In this document: positions 54,174 to 64,000 of the stretch, piece by piece
Position numbering within the stretch: position 1 is the stretch's first letter
Layout: every line of letters starts with the position of its first letter
Source of the DNA: Corallochytrium limacisporum Hawaii
Taxonomy: Eukaryota > Protista > Pluriformea
DNA: 64,000 nucleotides
Assembly (NCBI GenBank): GCA_002811645.1
Contig: PDIP01000001.1
Span: 186,001 to 250,000, forward strand
Direction: 5' to 3'
Position numbers and translations under genes: made by a program
Notes under the pieces: generated by a model
Seen by the model: the letters and a program-made list of their open reading frames with translations, nothing else
Told to the model about the DNA's origin: nothing
Databases searched by the model: none

Positions 54174-57100
54174 ACCATACTCGCTTGACCACCCACCCCA
54201 TCCCCGCGGGGCATTTCCTCCTCGTTCCTTTATTTTCTTTTTTTTTCATAGCCTACGTCAAAGACACTCAGACCAATTGCCCAGCATTGGCCACGAGAAC
54301 GCAAGAGAAAACGTGCATGGTGGTGCCTCCATAGCCGTTCGTACGCGCATGGTCCCCTAGTACCTCTCTGTGTGGCCATGGGCCCCCCCCCCCAAACCGC
54401 ACATTTCACCCAGCGCTTCCAGTACAGTGACAATTGCCGCGTCCAGTGGTATCCAACCAACCAAACGCGCCCATCGACTCTCCTTGGCCTCTTGATTCAA
54501 TGCCAGGGAAAATAGCTGGGAGAAACCGCCATCTGCTGCGCCATGGCGTGCAAGCCCAGGGAATAAAGTATGCGGTACGTTGTTGCCAGCACGGCCTGCG
54601 TATAATACCGCTAGATTTTATACGCTGTCCCTAAACCATTGCGCCAGGCCGTGCTCAATCAGGGACAAAAAAAGCAATCTCCATGTTTTTGCGGCGCATG
54701 CTTCGAAGGTCTAGGGTTGCCGGAGGAATGGATCCGTTATGGTGCATTCTCCCATTGGATGCTTGGATGCTTGAAGACACGGAGAAATCCCTTTCCTTCG
54801 TTTGTTCTTTTGGTTTCCTTCCGGTTTCCGGACGGTTTCGGTTGCGTAGTTTTTGTATGATGAAAGCCACTCCTAAGAGGCTATAGAGAGGCACCTAAAT
54901 GGTCATCGACGAAGGCGCACGGGCTGCCGGAACCGGTGATACGCATAGGTAGAGTATGGTAGGAGCACATGTCGGCAACGGACCAGAAATTATGAGGGTG
55001 CGTGCACTCGATATGGATGAGTTGGACATCAAAAACAATAATTGAGGGAACCACTGACTGCTATACCTCTGCTGATGAGCGTAATAGATAGTCCACGTAC
55101 CCGGCTAGGTCCTAGGAAATAGTAGTATTACCACATATGATTCAGGTATTCGTGCATGACACATGATGTTTGGCAATGGAATGGTATGTGCCCAAGAACT
55201 GGTGTACGGGCCCCCAACGGTATCATGGATATGCTAGATCGATTCCAACGGATTGTACGGTATGTGGAAAGGCAATGGAAAACGGCCGCCCAATCATAGT
55301 CGACAGTGGTGGTGGATCTACAAGAAAAGTGGACAGCAAACATCCACCCCATGGATGAGGAGACGAGGTGATGGACAAGGTAAGGAATGCCGCCAACGAA
55401 AGGCCACAGAACAAGTGAATAAGTTATACCAGTAGCTATGAACTGCACGCAGTGCACGGAGCGTCTGTTCGGGGACTCATCGCCGCAGCGAAGTCTAACC
55501 TATTTACGTCTCCCCAACAACGACGCGCCCCTTTTGGTGACCAGCGATAAAGAAGATGAGCAATTTTGGTACTCAATGTACTGTCTGTTTTAGTCATCTG
55601 CTCTCATCATCATTCTCTTGCTTCTCTCGTATTCTCCTTCTGCTGATTGTGTGAATGTTGACCATGAACTCGCCAGCAGAGCTCGGGCAGCACATGCGGG
55701 TCGATCAGCGTATTAAAAGATGTCAGTATATATTATTATTCAATATTTGTATCCAACATTGAATATTTACAACTAGTACGTATGATTAAAAATCTCCCTG
55801 CCACCTCCCCCCCCCCTTCCTCCTCCTCCTCCTTCTCTCTTGTGTCGGCTTGGAGTATCTCCAGGAAACCAACAATATCACCTGTGTTCTTCTCCATTCA
55901 TTCTTCTCCCTCTCTGTCCCCTCCTGTTCAACCGCGTTCCCTGCCCAGCGAATGAAGCGAAGCGCCGAGACGGAGCAGGAGCGGAGAGTTTTTTCGCGTT
56001 GGTTGCCGTGAGGATTTCCTTCGTTCCTCCAAAAGTGAAAACCGCTGAAAATTAATACGCAAGATTGGGAGAGCCTCCCCGGTACCGAGTTTCCTTCCCC
56101 CTGGCAAACTCTCTTATTTTTTTTTCGGTCTGTGTTGCTTTGAGTGTGTGTTTTGGGCGTGTGCTTTTGGCCTTGGGGACCCGTTCTCTCAGCTTGTGGT
56201 ACGGCCAGTTCTTTCCTCTGAGGCCCCTGAAAAATTGCCCCATAAGGTCATAAAGAGTCTATATATTCTTGATAGTGAAGATGATTTTACCATGTCGGAG
56301 GAGGTATGCATGTAATCACCTGCTAATAGATGGAGAATATGCGTAAATGAAGCCGAGCAGGTCAAGATCGAAGGGAGATTATATAGGAGATTAAATAACC
56401 ATCCCATTTCTACGAGGTACCGTAAGTACTAAACGCTGGCCCGTGTTCTCCTCGTAACATTGACTCGGTTTCAACATTTGGCGAGGATGAGGCAAGCGGA
56501 AAATCGTCTGCGGAAGGTCCAAAAAATACCGGCGGATCAGATCAATTCGGTGGCCTGCAAACCTATGCATTAGATACCCAAGTAACACCCCAACAACACA
56601 ACACGGAACAACGACCGGACTTTGGGAGAGCAAAGTTGGGGGGAGGGGGATATCTCAAACCAAATGGCATGACGGCGACCAAAAAAAAAAGTACGGCTTC
56701 AATTTCTCCCGAGGACAAAAATCTTAAGCCGCAAAACTTGACCCCTTACTATCTACCCAGCAATAAAAACAAACGGGAACTCCCAAAACTTATGAACCAA
56801 ACCCAAAAAAGAAAAGAAAAGAAAAAAACAAAAACGTAACAGTTCCCAATCAAAATGGCAAGAAAGGGCAGGCACGTACCTACGGGACCTTCCGGCGGGG
56901 AGACAATCAAACACACAAATATTAAATGATACACACGCCGAGCAGCAAAAAAAAAAGAAAAAAAAAAAGAAAAAAAGAGGGGGGGCCCTATTGACCGCGG
57001 TTACACTGTACTGATTGTTTCCATACAATTCATTGCTCAGCAACCAGCCCGACACGACAAGCTTTAGTGGCAATTTGTGGGCAACCAAGGGCAAAAAGAG

Positions 57101-57839
57101 AGGGAAGGGGGGGGGGCCAAAGGAGATTATCATGAGAAGACGAGGAGAGCCAGCCAACAAAGGGCAAGAAAATCTTAAATGGGGAAGGAGTGAGCAAGTG
57201 GCCAAGGGAGAGAGTGAGGGGGGGGGGGGCCAGGAGACCACCGCCCTACCCAACTCCCGGAGTTCCTCCCGCAGGCCGACCGCGAATCCCCCCCCTCCCC
57301 TCCCGGTCCCTCCACACCGGGGAAACGGGGGAGACGCCGCGGTGTGGTGAAAGCGGAGCGCGACCGTCCGTTTGCCCCTTCTTCATTCAAGTACAGTCAT
57401 GCAAGTTGAGGTGCAATATTATCAGCTTGTACAATAGTAAGCAGTATATTCAGTATATTTATAGGTCTATTCGACTATGTGACACCTATAGAATTCACTG
57501 GAACATGGCCGTCCCCCTTTAAAGTGCTTCGTACCCGGGGGGGGGGCCTGGTGGGCACGATCTGCGTGCGCCGTTGGGATATAAATCCCCTCGGGCGAAA
57601 ATGGACTCCTGATTGATCAAATACTTGCAAAACGCCAGCCAGTCCAACGGGCGTTGACCCGCCATGATGATGAGTAGAACGGTTTGCTCCTGGCCGTGCA
57701 CGGCCATCCCAAGCGGTTGAATGACAAACGGTGTAGGCTCACTCCGAAGGAATCGATGAAGATGACAGGACTCGGACGACACAATCCAGTGTGGCCTCCA
57801 CGAGCATCAAATCCCCTCGTGATCAGGCCGGGCTTAACC

Positions 57840-58472
57840 CTACTCTAGTGGATGGCCAAGCCATGGCTTCCCAAAGTAACTACAGAACGGCGGATTGGGA
57901 AAAGTGGAGTATGCGACTCGGAGAGCGCACGCGAGTGATGGCTTGTCGTCCATCCCATATTCGATGTAGAGTTCTTCGCCAAGGAACCGAGAACCATTCT
58001 GCCCAAAATCCCCACCGAGATAGGAGAAAATAAGGTACAATCCGCAACGAGCAAAGGCGGGACGCATTGTGCCGATGGGGATATTACACACATTTCGGCG
58101 GACGCGAAAGTCCGCAAAGGTCGCTATCAGTGATCCATCGTGTTCACCCATCCCTTTACTTCGTTTTGGTGCTTTCTTACCTGCTTCTTGTCCATCGGAC
58201 CATTGGGGCGTTGCGCTTCCCAAGCTCCGACGAAGCTCGATCGCGGCATCCGAGTATGGGCCAGGCTCTGACGAAACTTTGATGAAGAATTCGTACTTCA
58301 GAGTAAGAAGTCTCGGGCGAGTTCGTGCTTCAGACTTGCCTGCTAGGTCCCCAATCCAGGGGTCACAAGTGCCCAAGGCACTCTTGTGCGCGTGACTCGA
58401 GATTTGCTTTGAACCGCAGGGACAGGATGCGCTCACTGGGACCAAATTGTGAGGTCTAAGCGAGTGGAGCAT
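57840..58472 (-). CDS. Hypothetical 210-aa orphan ORF or pseudogene remnant
   Basis: ATG-initiated ORF in a complex, homopolymer-free stretch. No family recognised. Confidence 0.25.
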   Translation of the reverse strand: MLHSLRPHNLVPVSASCPCGSKQISSHAHKSALGTCDPWIGDLAGKSEARTRPRLLTLKYEFFIKVSSEPGPYSDAAIELRRSLGSATPQWSDGQEAGKKAPKRSKGMGEHDGSLIATFADFRVRRNVCNIPIGTMRPAFARCGLYLIFSYLGGDFGQNGSRFLGEELYIEYGMDDKPSLACALRVAYSTFPNPPFCSYFGKPWLGHPLE

Positions 58473-58768
58473 GTCAGTAGTACATGCCGAGAATGGACTG
58501 GACCACGGCTCCCAACGGGGATCCCAATGACGCTGGCTGAGATAAATAGGCCCCCGGAAATCATGTTGATCATTCCAGATATCTCCACTTCCGCGGCCAG
58601 GCCTGCAAAAGGTTTGGGGAGACGCTGTCGGATATTAACGGGAGTCAAGCCAAAGGCAGCTTCGGTCCGGACAGGGCCCATACTGGCTGTTGATTTATTG
58701 TGTTTACTGAGTGTTACAGGATGGATGCCACGCGGACAAGGGCAACGAACAAATGGATTGCAACCCCC

Positions 58769-59326
58769 TCACGATGATGCCGATGACGTGTCAGCCTTTG
58801 CCTCCTGTCCAAGAGCATGGCGACGGTGTCTTTCAATCTCTGCTGCAGCTTGGTCGAGCTCTCGGATGGCTTGCTTCTCCTCCTCGACGGTTGGCTTTGG
58901 ATCGAGCCCGAAGAGCCGTTGGAATCCGTGCACCTTTGCCTCGATCCCTCCTTTCACTGCAGAGGCTGTTTCGTCCATGTTATCTCCACCATACGTGCGG
59001 TAAACAATGTAAGCCAGTGGTCCCGTGACCGCGAGACAAAGGACGGTTCCATACCCAAGCGCCCGCATCGCCAAGATGTTTAGATTCTCTTCTTTTTTGA
59101 AGGATCGGGGACCCTTCACTGGCTGTGATTCCTGCCGATGCTGCTGTCGTGACACGACTTGTGCGGCATGGCGCACGACTGTGGGAGCTTTCCTCTGTTG
59201 GCGCCGTACCTCGAAGAACAGTCCGCCTGCGAAGAGTGCGCCCGCGCACAGCAGGAAGAGCGGCTTGCTTACAAACACTTTCTCATCTGTAGAAGAGACT
59301 TGTGTGTTCCCGGAGTCAGTCGACAT
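58769..59326 (-). CDS. TMEM242: TMEM242 (DUF1358)-like mitochondrial membrane protein
   Basis: Two TM segments. LAMRALGYGT resembles TMEM242 LALRALGWGS, followed by YRTYGGDNMDE. Confidence 0.7.
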   Translation of the reverse strand: MSTDSGNTQVSSTDEKVFVSKPLFLLCAGALFAGGLFFEVRRQQRKAPTVVRHAAQVVSRQQHRQESQPVKGPRSFKKEENLNILAMRALGYGTVLCLAVTGPLAYIVYRTYGGDNMDETASAVKGGIEAKVHGFQRLFGLDPKPTVEEEKQAIRELDQAAAEIERHRRHALGQEAKADTSSASS

Positions 59327-59866
59327 TTAGGGATTTCTTTAGATTTTCAAAGACGTACCGTTTCGTTTCCACTACATTGTTTGCTCAATTGCCATGGTGT
59401 AGTGTCCTTCAAATGGATTCAGAAATATGCATGAAACTTCACAATGTACTGTAACGTTGTAGGTCGAGCAGTTTTAAAGTACTCATGACACGGGGTGACA
59501 CTCAAAGTAACCGACATTTGGAGCATCCAGAAGTGGATCCTCGAGGTCAAATACCAATTCCAAACAAGACCACCCTCCACATGGTTCCTTGGCTGTTGCG
59601 GCTCGGAGGAGGGCCTTCCCATCCCACCAGAGGGGGTCCCTAAGGTCCCGTCTTGTGTGGGGCTGCGAAATGGGAGAAGCAGGCGCAGAGTGGGCATCAA
59701 AACATCTTCTAAACGAAGAAAAACATATAATCAGACACTAATGATGACCGTATCCACTGCTTTCCGAACAAGATTTGGATTTTACATATATAATTCTTAT
59801 ATTGATGTTGTATACTAATCCGAGTCGTTATATGTTTTGACATTAAATGACCAGCAACGGCCTTCT

Positions 59867-60058
59867 TCAGTGTCCCTTCTTGTCATCCAGAGCACCATCC
59901 CAAGGGTGTCGGATACCTAGCACCTCAGCTCCATCCTTTTTTGCGCGCCAGAAGAGCCAAAACCACATACTTGCTCCAATCGCGACACCCAGAGTTTTGT
60001 GGAAGTTGCTTGCCTGGGGCAGGGGTGTCCTGCGGGTGTACGGTCCTCCGCCGGCCAT
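59867..60058 (-). CDS. NDUFB2: Complex I accessory subunit NDUFB2 (AGGG)
   Basis: MAGGG start, GASMWFWLFWRAKKDG..LG..HPW. Confidence 0.9.
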   Translation of the reverse strand: MAGGGPYTRRTPLPQASNFHKTLGVAIGASMWFWLFWRAKKDGAEVLGIRHPWDGALDDKKGH

Positions 60059-60786
60059 TGTTTACTTAAGTCTATGTGAACGATGTAGATGCTAAAAGCC
60101 CGCCAAGTGCAGAATGTGGATAGCTCTCTAAATTACCCACACAACACTTCAAATCTGTGGAAACCCGTGACTAACAATACTATTCAGGAAGGCGGTTGCC
60201 AATTTCAGCGACACTGCCCAAACAAAAATGGTTTGAATATCACAACAAGAAAAGTATTAAATACCACTCACAGGTGATTCAGGTTGCCAGTTGTATAACT
60301 CCATTTCTGTTATTCCAGATTCGTACGGACGTATAGAGTTCTACGCACCAAAGTCATCAGAGAAAGCGGTGGCCAGAATGTTATGAGCGCACGAAAAGCC
60401 AGTCCAGCTTGGCTGGCACTGCGGCCACTGCGGCCACCGTTGCGCCGATTCCGGTCCCTCGGTTCTTAGAGTAGTAAGGGTGTTCGACCGTGTGTGTTTT
60501 GGCTCTGGCTGACTGGTCGGCACCCCCCGGGGCCCCCAGGGGAGGGGGGCCTTCACCTGAGCTGATCCAGTGTTTGTTTACGGGCCGGGCGGGCCGGTTC
60601 AGTACTGAATGTACCAGGAGGTGCTCTTCCTGGGTGTGATCAATACATGATCGACTGAAGTTTATTGATTTCTTGTGCAGTCCAGTCGGTCACAAGAATG
60701 CAATAATGGTTGCAATAGATAGATGTATATTTGAGGTTCTCTTGTCTGGTTGTTTGTGTTTTTCGCTATTAGTGTAACTCTACGGT

Positions 60787-63000
60787 TTACTCTTCCGTCT
60801 GTTCGAACTTGATGATGACGGCGTTCTGGTTGACAAGGTCGCCAGACTTGAAGTTGACTTTCTCGACCTTGCCACTGATGGGGGCGCGCAGAGTGTGCTC
60901 CATCTTCATGGCCTCAAGCAGAACCAGAGGCGTCTCCTTCTCCACAACAGCGCCCTCTTCGACGAGGATCTTCTCAATCTTACCGGTCATAGGAGCCAGG
61001 ATAGAGTCCATGTCCACTGCATGCGACAACAGACCAACATACTTGGGCTGCGGGACGTTGAACTTATGGGCAGAGTGCTTGTTGAATACGTAGATTGTGT
61101 CACCATCCATGACCACCTTGGCATCGGAGCCACGGTCTCCACACTGCAGGGACATGGCGCCAATTTCGTTGTCGCTGACGGAACCAACGACGGGGAAATC
61201 GTGGGTCTGCTTGGTGACGGGGTCTACGTAGGCGATCTCGTAGTGGTCATAGTCGGAGCGAGTAATGTTCACATCCACATCGCCTGCGGGATGCTCGAGG
61301 CTAATGGTGTGCTTGAATGGACGGTTGGGACGGAAGCTGGAGCTCTTGTTCCAGGGGCTGGTAGCGTCGTGCTGGGCATAGGGGTAGTCCCAGTTGGTAG
61401 CCAAACGCTCGGCGTTCAAGAAGCCGACAACGGCCTGGGCCACGGAATCGGGATCGGGGAAAGGAGGCTGCTCAGGGAAGAGCTCCTTCTCGTAATTGGG
61501 AATGAAACCGGTCTCGACATCACCGCGAATGAAAGCGGGGTGCTTTGCAATAACCTTCAGGAATTCAATGTTTGTGGGCAGACCGACGACGTGGTACTGG
61601 TCCAGGCAGTCGATCAGCTTCCGCAGCGCCTGCTGGCGGTCGATACCGTGGACGACAAGCTTTGCGATCATCGGATCGTAGTAGACGGTTACCTCATCAC
61701 CCTGGCGTACGCCGGTCTCAACACGGACTTCCCTCACGGGCTCCGGGGTGGCCAGGTGCTTCAAGGGACCGGCAGCGGGCAGGAACTGGTTATCCGGGTC
61801 TTCAGCGTAGATGCGGGCCTCGAAGGAGTGACCGTTGATCTTAATGTCCTCCTGTTTGATCTCAAGGGGGAAACCGGAAGCGGCACGGACCTGCCACTCA
61901 ACCAAATCAACACCGGTGATGTATTCCGTGACCGGGTGCTCAACCTGCAGACGAGTGTTCATTTCCATAAAGTAGAAATTCTCCTGGGCATCCATGATGA
62001 ACTCGACGGTGCCGGCACCTACATAGTTGACCGCCTCAGCCGCGCGCACTGCGGCCATACCAATCTCCTGGCGGGTCTTCTCACTCAGATGGGGTGCTGG
62101 GGCTTCCTCAATGATCTTCTGATGACGACGCTGCACGGAGCAGTCACGCTCAAACAGATGCACTGTGTTTCCGTGCTTGTCGGCAAACACCTGGACCTCA
62201 ACGTGGCGGGGACGGCTCACGTACTTCTCGATCAGAACGACATCATCACTGAAAGACTTCATAGCCTCACGCTTGGCAGCCTCCAACATTTCTTGGAACT
62301 TGTCCGCGCTCTCCACAATCCGCATACCCTTACCACCGCCACCGAGGACGGCCTTGATCATGACCGGGTAACCGATACGCTCAGCTTCCTTCTGCAGGGT
62401 CTCGAGGTTCTGGTCCTCGCCGTGGTAACCCTCAATGATCGGCACATTGGCAGCACTCATGATCTTCTTACTTTCGCTCTTGGAACCCATGGAACGGATG
62501 GCACTGCTAGGGGGACCGATGAACTCAATGCCTTCCTTCTTCAGCAGATCCGCAAAATCAGCATTTTCGGACATGAAACCATAGCCAGGGTGCACGGCCT
62601 GGGCACCGCTGCGATGGATTACTTCTACAATCTTTTCCCGGTTCAGATAAGATTCCGCAGAAGGCGCAGGTCCCACACAGTAAGCCTCGTCGGCCATCTT
62701 CACGTGCATACTGTGGCGGTCAGCCTCGGAGTAGATCGCGACAGTCTTGATACCAAACTTCTTGCAAGTGCGCATCACACGGCAGGCAATTTCACCACGG
62801 TTGGCGATGAGAATTTTGTCGAAAAGCTTGGCCTCACCAACTTCTTCCCGAGCTGCCTGGGCAGAGTAGAATCGGCTCTGACGCAGTCCACTGCTCTGCG
62901 CCAGGCTCCAGGCCAGAGGGATACCGACCCTGCCCTGCGTAAAGGCAGTGTTGGTCAGCATCCGTCGGCCAGCGACGCCTAGGAGCATCGCTGTTGCCAT
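60787..63000 (-). CDS. MCCC1: 3-methylcrotonyl-CoA carboxylase alpha (biotin-containing) subunit
   Basis: Presequence, KILIANRGEIACR, HPGYGF, ERDCSVQRRHQKIIEEAP, GHSFEARIYAE, biotinyl EAMKM. Confidence 0.92.
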   Translation of the reverse strand: MATAMLLGVAGRRMLTNTAFTQGRVGIPLAWSLAQSSGLRQSRFYSAQAAREEVGEAKLFDKILIANRGEIACRVMRTCKKFGIKTVAIYSEADRHSMHVKMADEAYCVGPAPSAESYLNREKIVEVIHRSGAQAVHPGYGFMSENADFADLLKKEGIEFIGPPSSAIRSMGSKSESKKIMSAANVPIIEGYHGEDQNLETLQKEAERIGYPVMIKAVLGGGGKGMRIVESADKFQEMLEAAKREAMKSFSDDVVLIEKYVSRPRHVEVQVFADKHGNTVHLFERDCSVQRRHQKIIEEAPAPHLSEKTRQEIGMAAVRAAEAVNYVGAGTVEFIMDAQENFYFMEMNTRLQVEHPVTEYITGVDLVEWQVRAASGFPLEIKQEDIKINGHSFEARIYAEDPDNQFLPAAGPLKHLATPEPVREVRVETGVRQGDEVTVYYDPMIAKLVVHGIDRQQALRKLIDCLDQYHVVGLPTNIEFLKVIAKHPAFIRGDVETGFIPNYEKELFPEQPPFPDPDSVAQAVVGFLNAERLATNWDYPYAQHDATSPWNKSSSFRPNRPFKHTISLEHPAGDVDVNITRSDYDHYEIAYVDPVTKQTHDFPVVGSVSDNEIGAMSLQCGDRGSDAKVVMDGDTIYVFNKHSAHKFNVPQPKYVGLLSHAVDMDSILAPMTGKIEKILVEEGAVVEKETPLVLLEAMKMEHTLRAPISGKVEKVNFKSGDLVNQNAVIIKFEQTEE

Positions 63001-64000
63001 GGCTAATATGATCTAAAGTACAATTGACCCGTTTCTTCCTCTTACTCAACAAGAAATTCTTCAGATTGTACAGAGCTAACCTCTCTAAGAACGGCAAGCC
63101 CTGGTACGTATTTCTACCTTCCTTTCGAAGTATCGTACGCAGATATTGACCCTGATACAGAGCTCGATCTACATTTAGTCATGTAGAAATATGCAAATCT
63201 GTTTATCGCAATCATGTAGCTGTCGTGCGCGCACTCTTCCGTAGTGGAAACATGCCCACGCTCGCACAGCCTTCCCAAGCGCAGTCCGTGAGACTTCCAA
63301 ACGGTCACTCCTGCTCCCGGGGACTCTGTGTGATTCCGTTCTGCGAGAAAATTGGACCCAGACAGACCGTGGGGGCAGGGAGGGGGGCACCCTCCATTCG
63401 GTCACCACCGCACGGAAGGGCAGTGAGACCTTCCGTACATTCACTACCATACGCACACCTCCAGCCGCACACGACGGGGCAGGTCGTGAGAAAAACGACG
63501 TGCGAGAGGTCTGGAGCACAGGAGGGGGGGGGGGGGGGAGTGTTCAGCAGGCCCCAGGCGCAGCAAGCCCCGGGGTCGTAGTTGTGTACGCAAAGAAAAC
63601 AACAAGGAAAAATCAAACGAAATGGGGAAACACAGGGGCTACTGAGTAGGGACCGCAGTGCGCAATCGAGAAAGCACAGTACATTCACTACTGCAGGTCG
63701 GCGCTCTCTCTCTTTGTTTGCCAGTGGAGAGAGAGAGCTATTGCAGACGAAAGGGAAAAAAAAGAAAACGGGGAGAGAACACGAGAAAGCATCTCGCTGC
63801 CCCGTGCGTATGTGTACCTACTACGTCCCCTACTTTATGTATGCAAAGGGAAAGCAAAGCGGAAGAGAGCGCGATGGAGATGTTGTGTGTACCTATCTGT
63901 ATGTGTTTGTGCATATAGATGATGACACCGTCGTGGATCATCACCATCGGTCTTGGAGTCGGTCTGGTTCGGTGTCTTTCCCGCGTAGGGTTGTTGGCCA

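Noticed and set aside
55128-55457. Hydrophobic ORF with LVHHLVS (TLC-domain-like)
   Set aside because: Non-ATG start, short, single-motif resemblance only.
57950-57985. GEELYIEYG resembling a SET-domain motif
   Set aside because: No preceding NHS motif or other SET elements.
60895-62982. 695-aa ORF antisense to MCCC1 (and similar shadows over PPA1, PKA, RPS24, UTP14)
   Set aside because: Mirror-frame shadow of codon bias in the real gene; no recognisable motifs.
1-64000. CRISPR arrays, transposases, rRNA, tRNA, selenocysteine or TGA-CTA readthrough signals
   Set aside because: None seen by eye; stop contexts checked for several genes did not match readthrough motifs.

Overview
Gene-dense eukaryotic nuclear DNA with about 23 protein-coding genes, all readable as single uninterrupted ORFs, including SEC31, PSMB7, RPS24, UTP14 and MCCC1. 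The intronless layout and the mix of animal-type genes (RADX, TMEM242, NUDT17) with bacterial- or fungal-type genes suggest an intron-poor unicellular holozoan. Corallochytrium is a plausible source, but this is inference. Many genes sit in tight tail-to-tail pairs with AT-rich spacers, while upstream regions carry C/G runs and a recurring CCCTCCCC(C)GGG motif. Two gene-poor stretches (about 11.7-18.7 kb and 49.8-58.7 kb) each contain an assembly gap. Highlights: (1) an isoaspartyl-methyltransferase (PIMT/PCMTD) domain fused to a SPOP-type BTB domain, a candidate Cullin-3 receptor for age-damaged proteins; (2) an apparently full-length RADX orthologue; (3) a truncated IFT80 relic lacking an upstream ATG; (4) a phage/bacterial-type helicase beside a bacterial-type serine hydrolase; (5) a three-hairpin structure upstream of RPS24. 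Homologies were recognised by eye from remembered family motifs; no searches were run.
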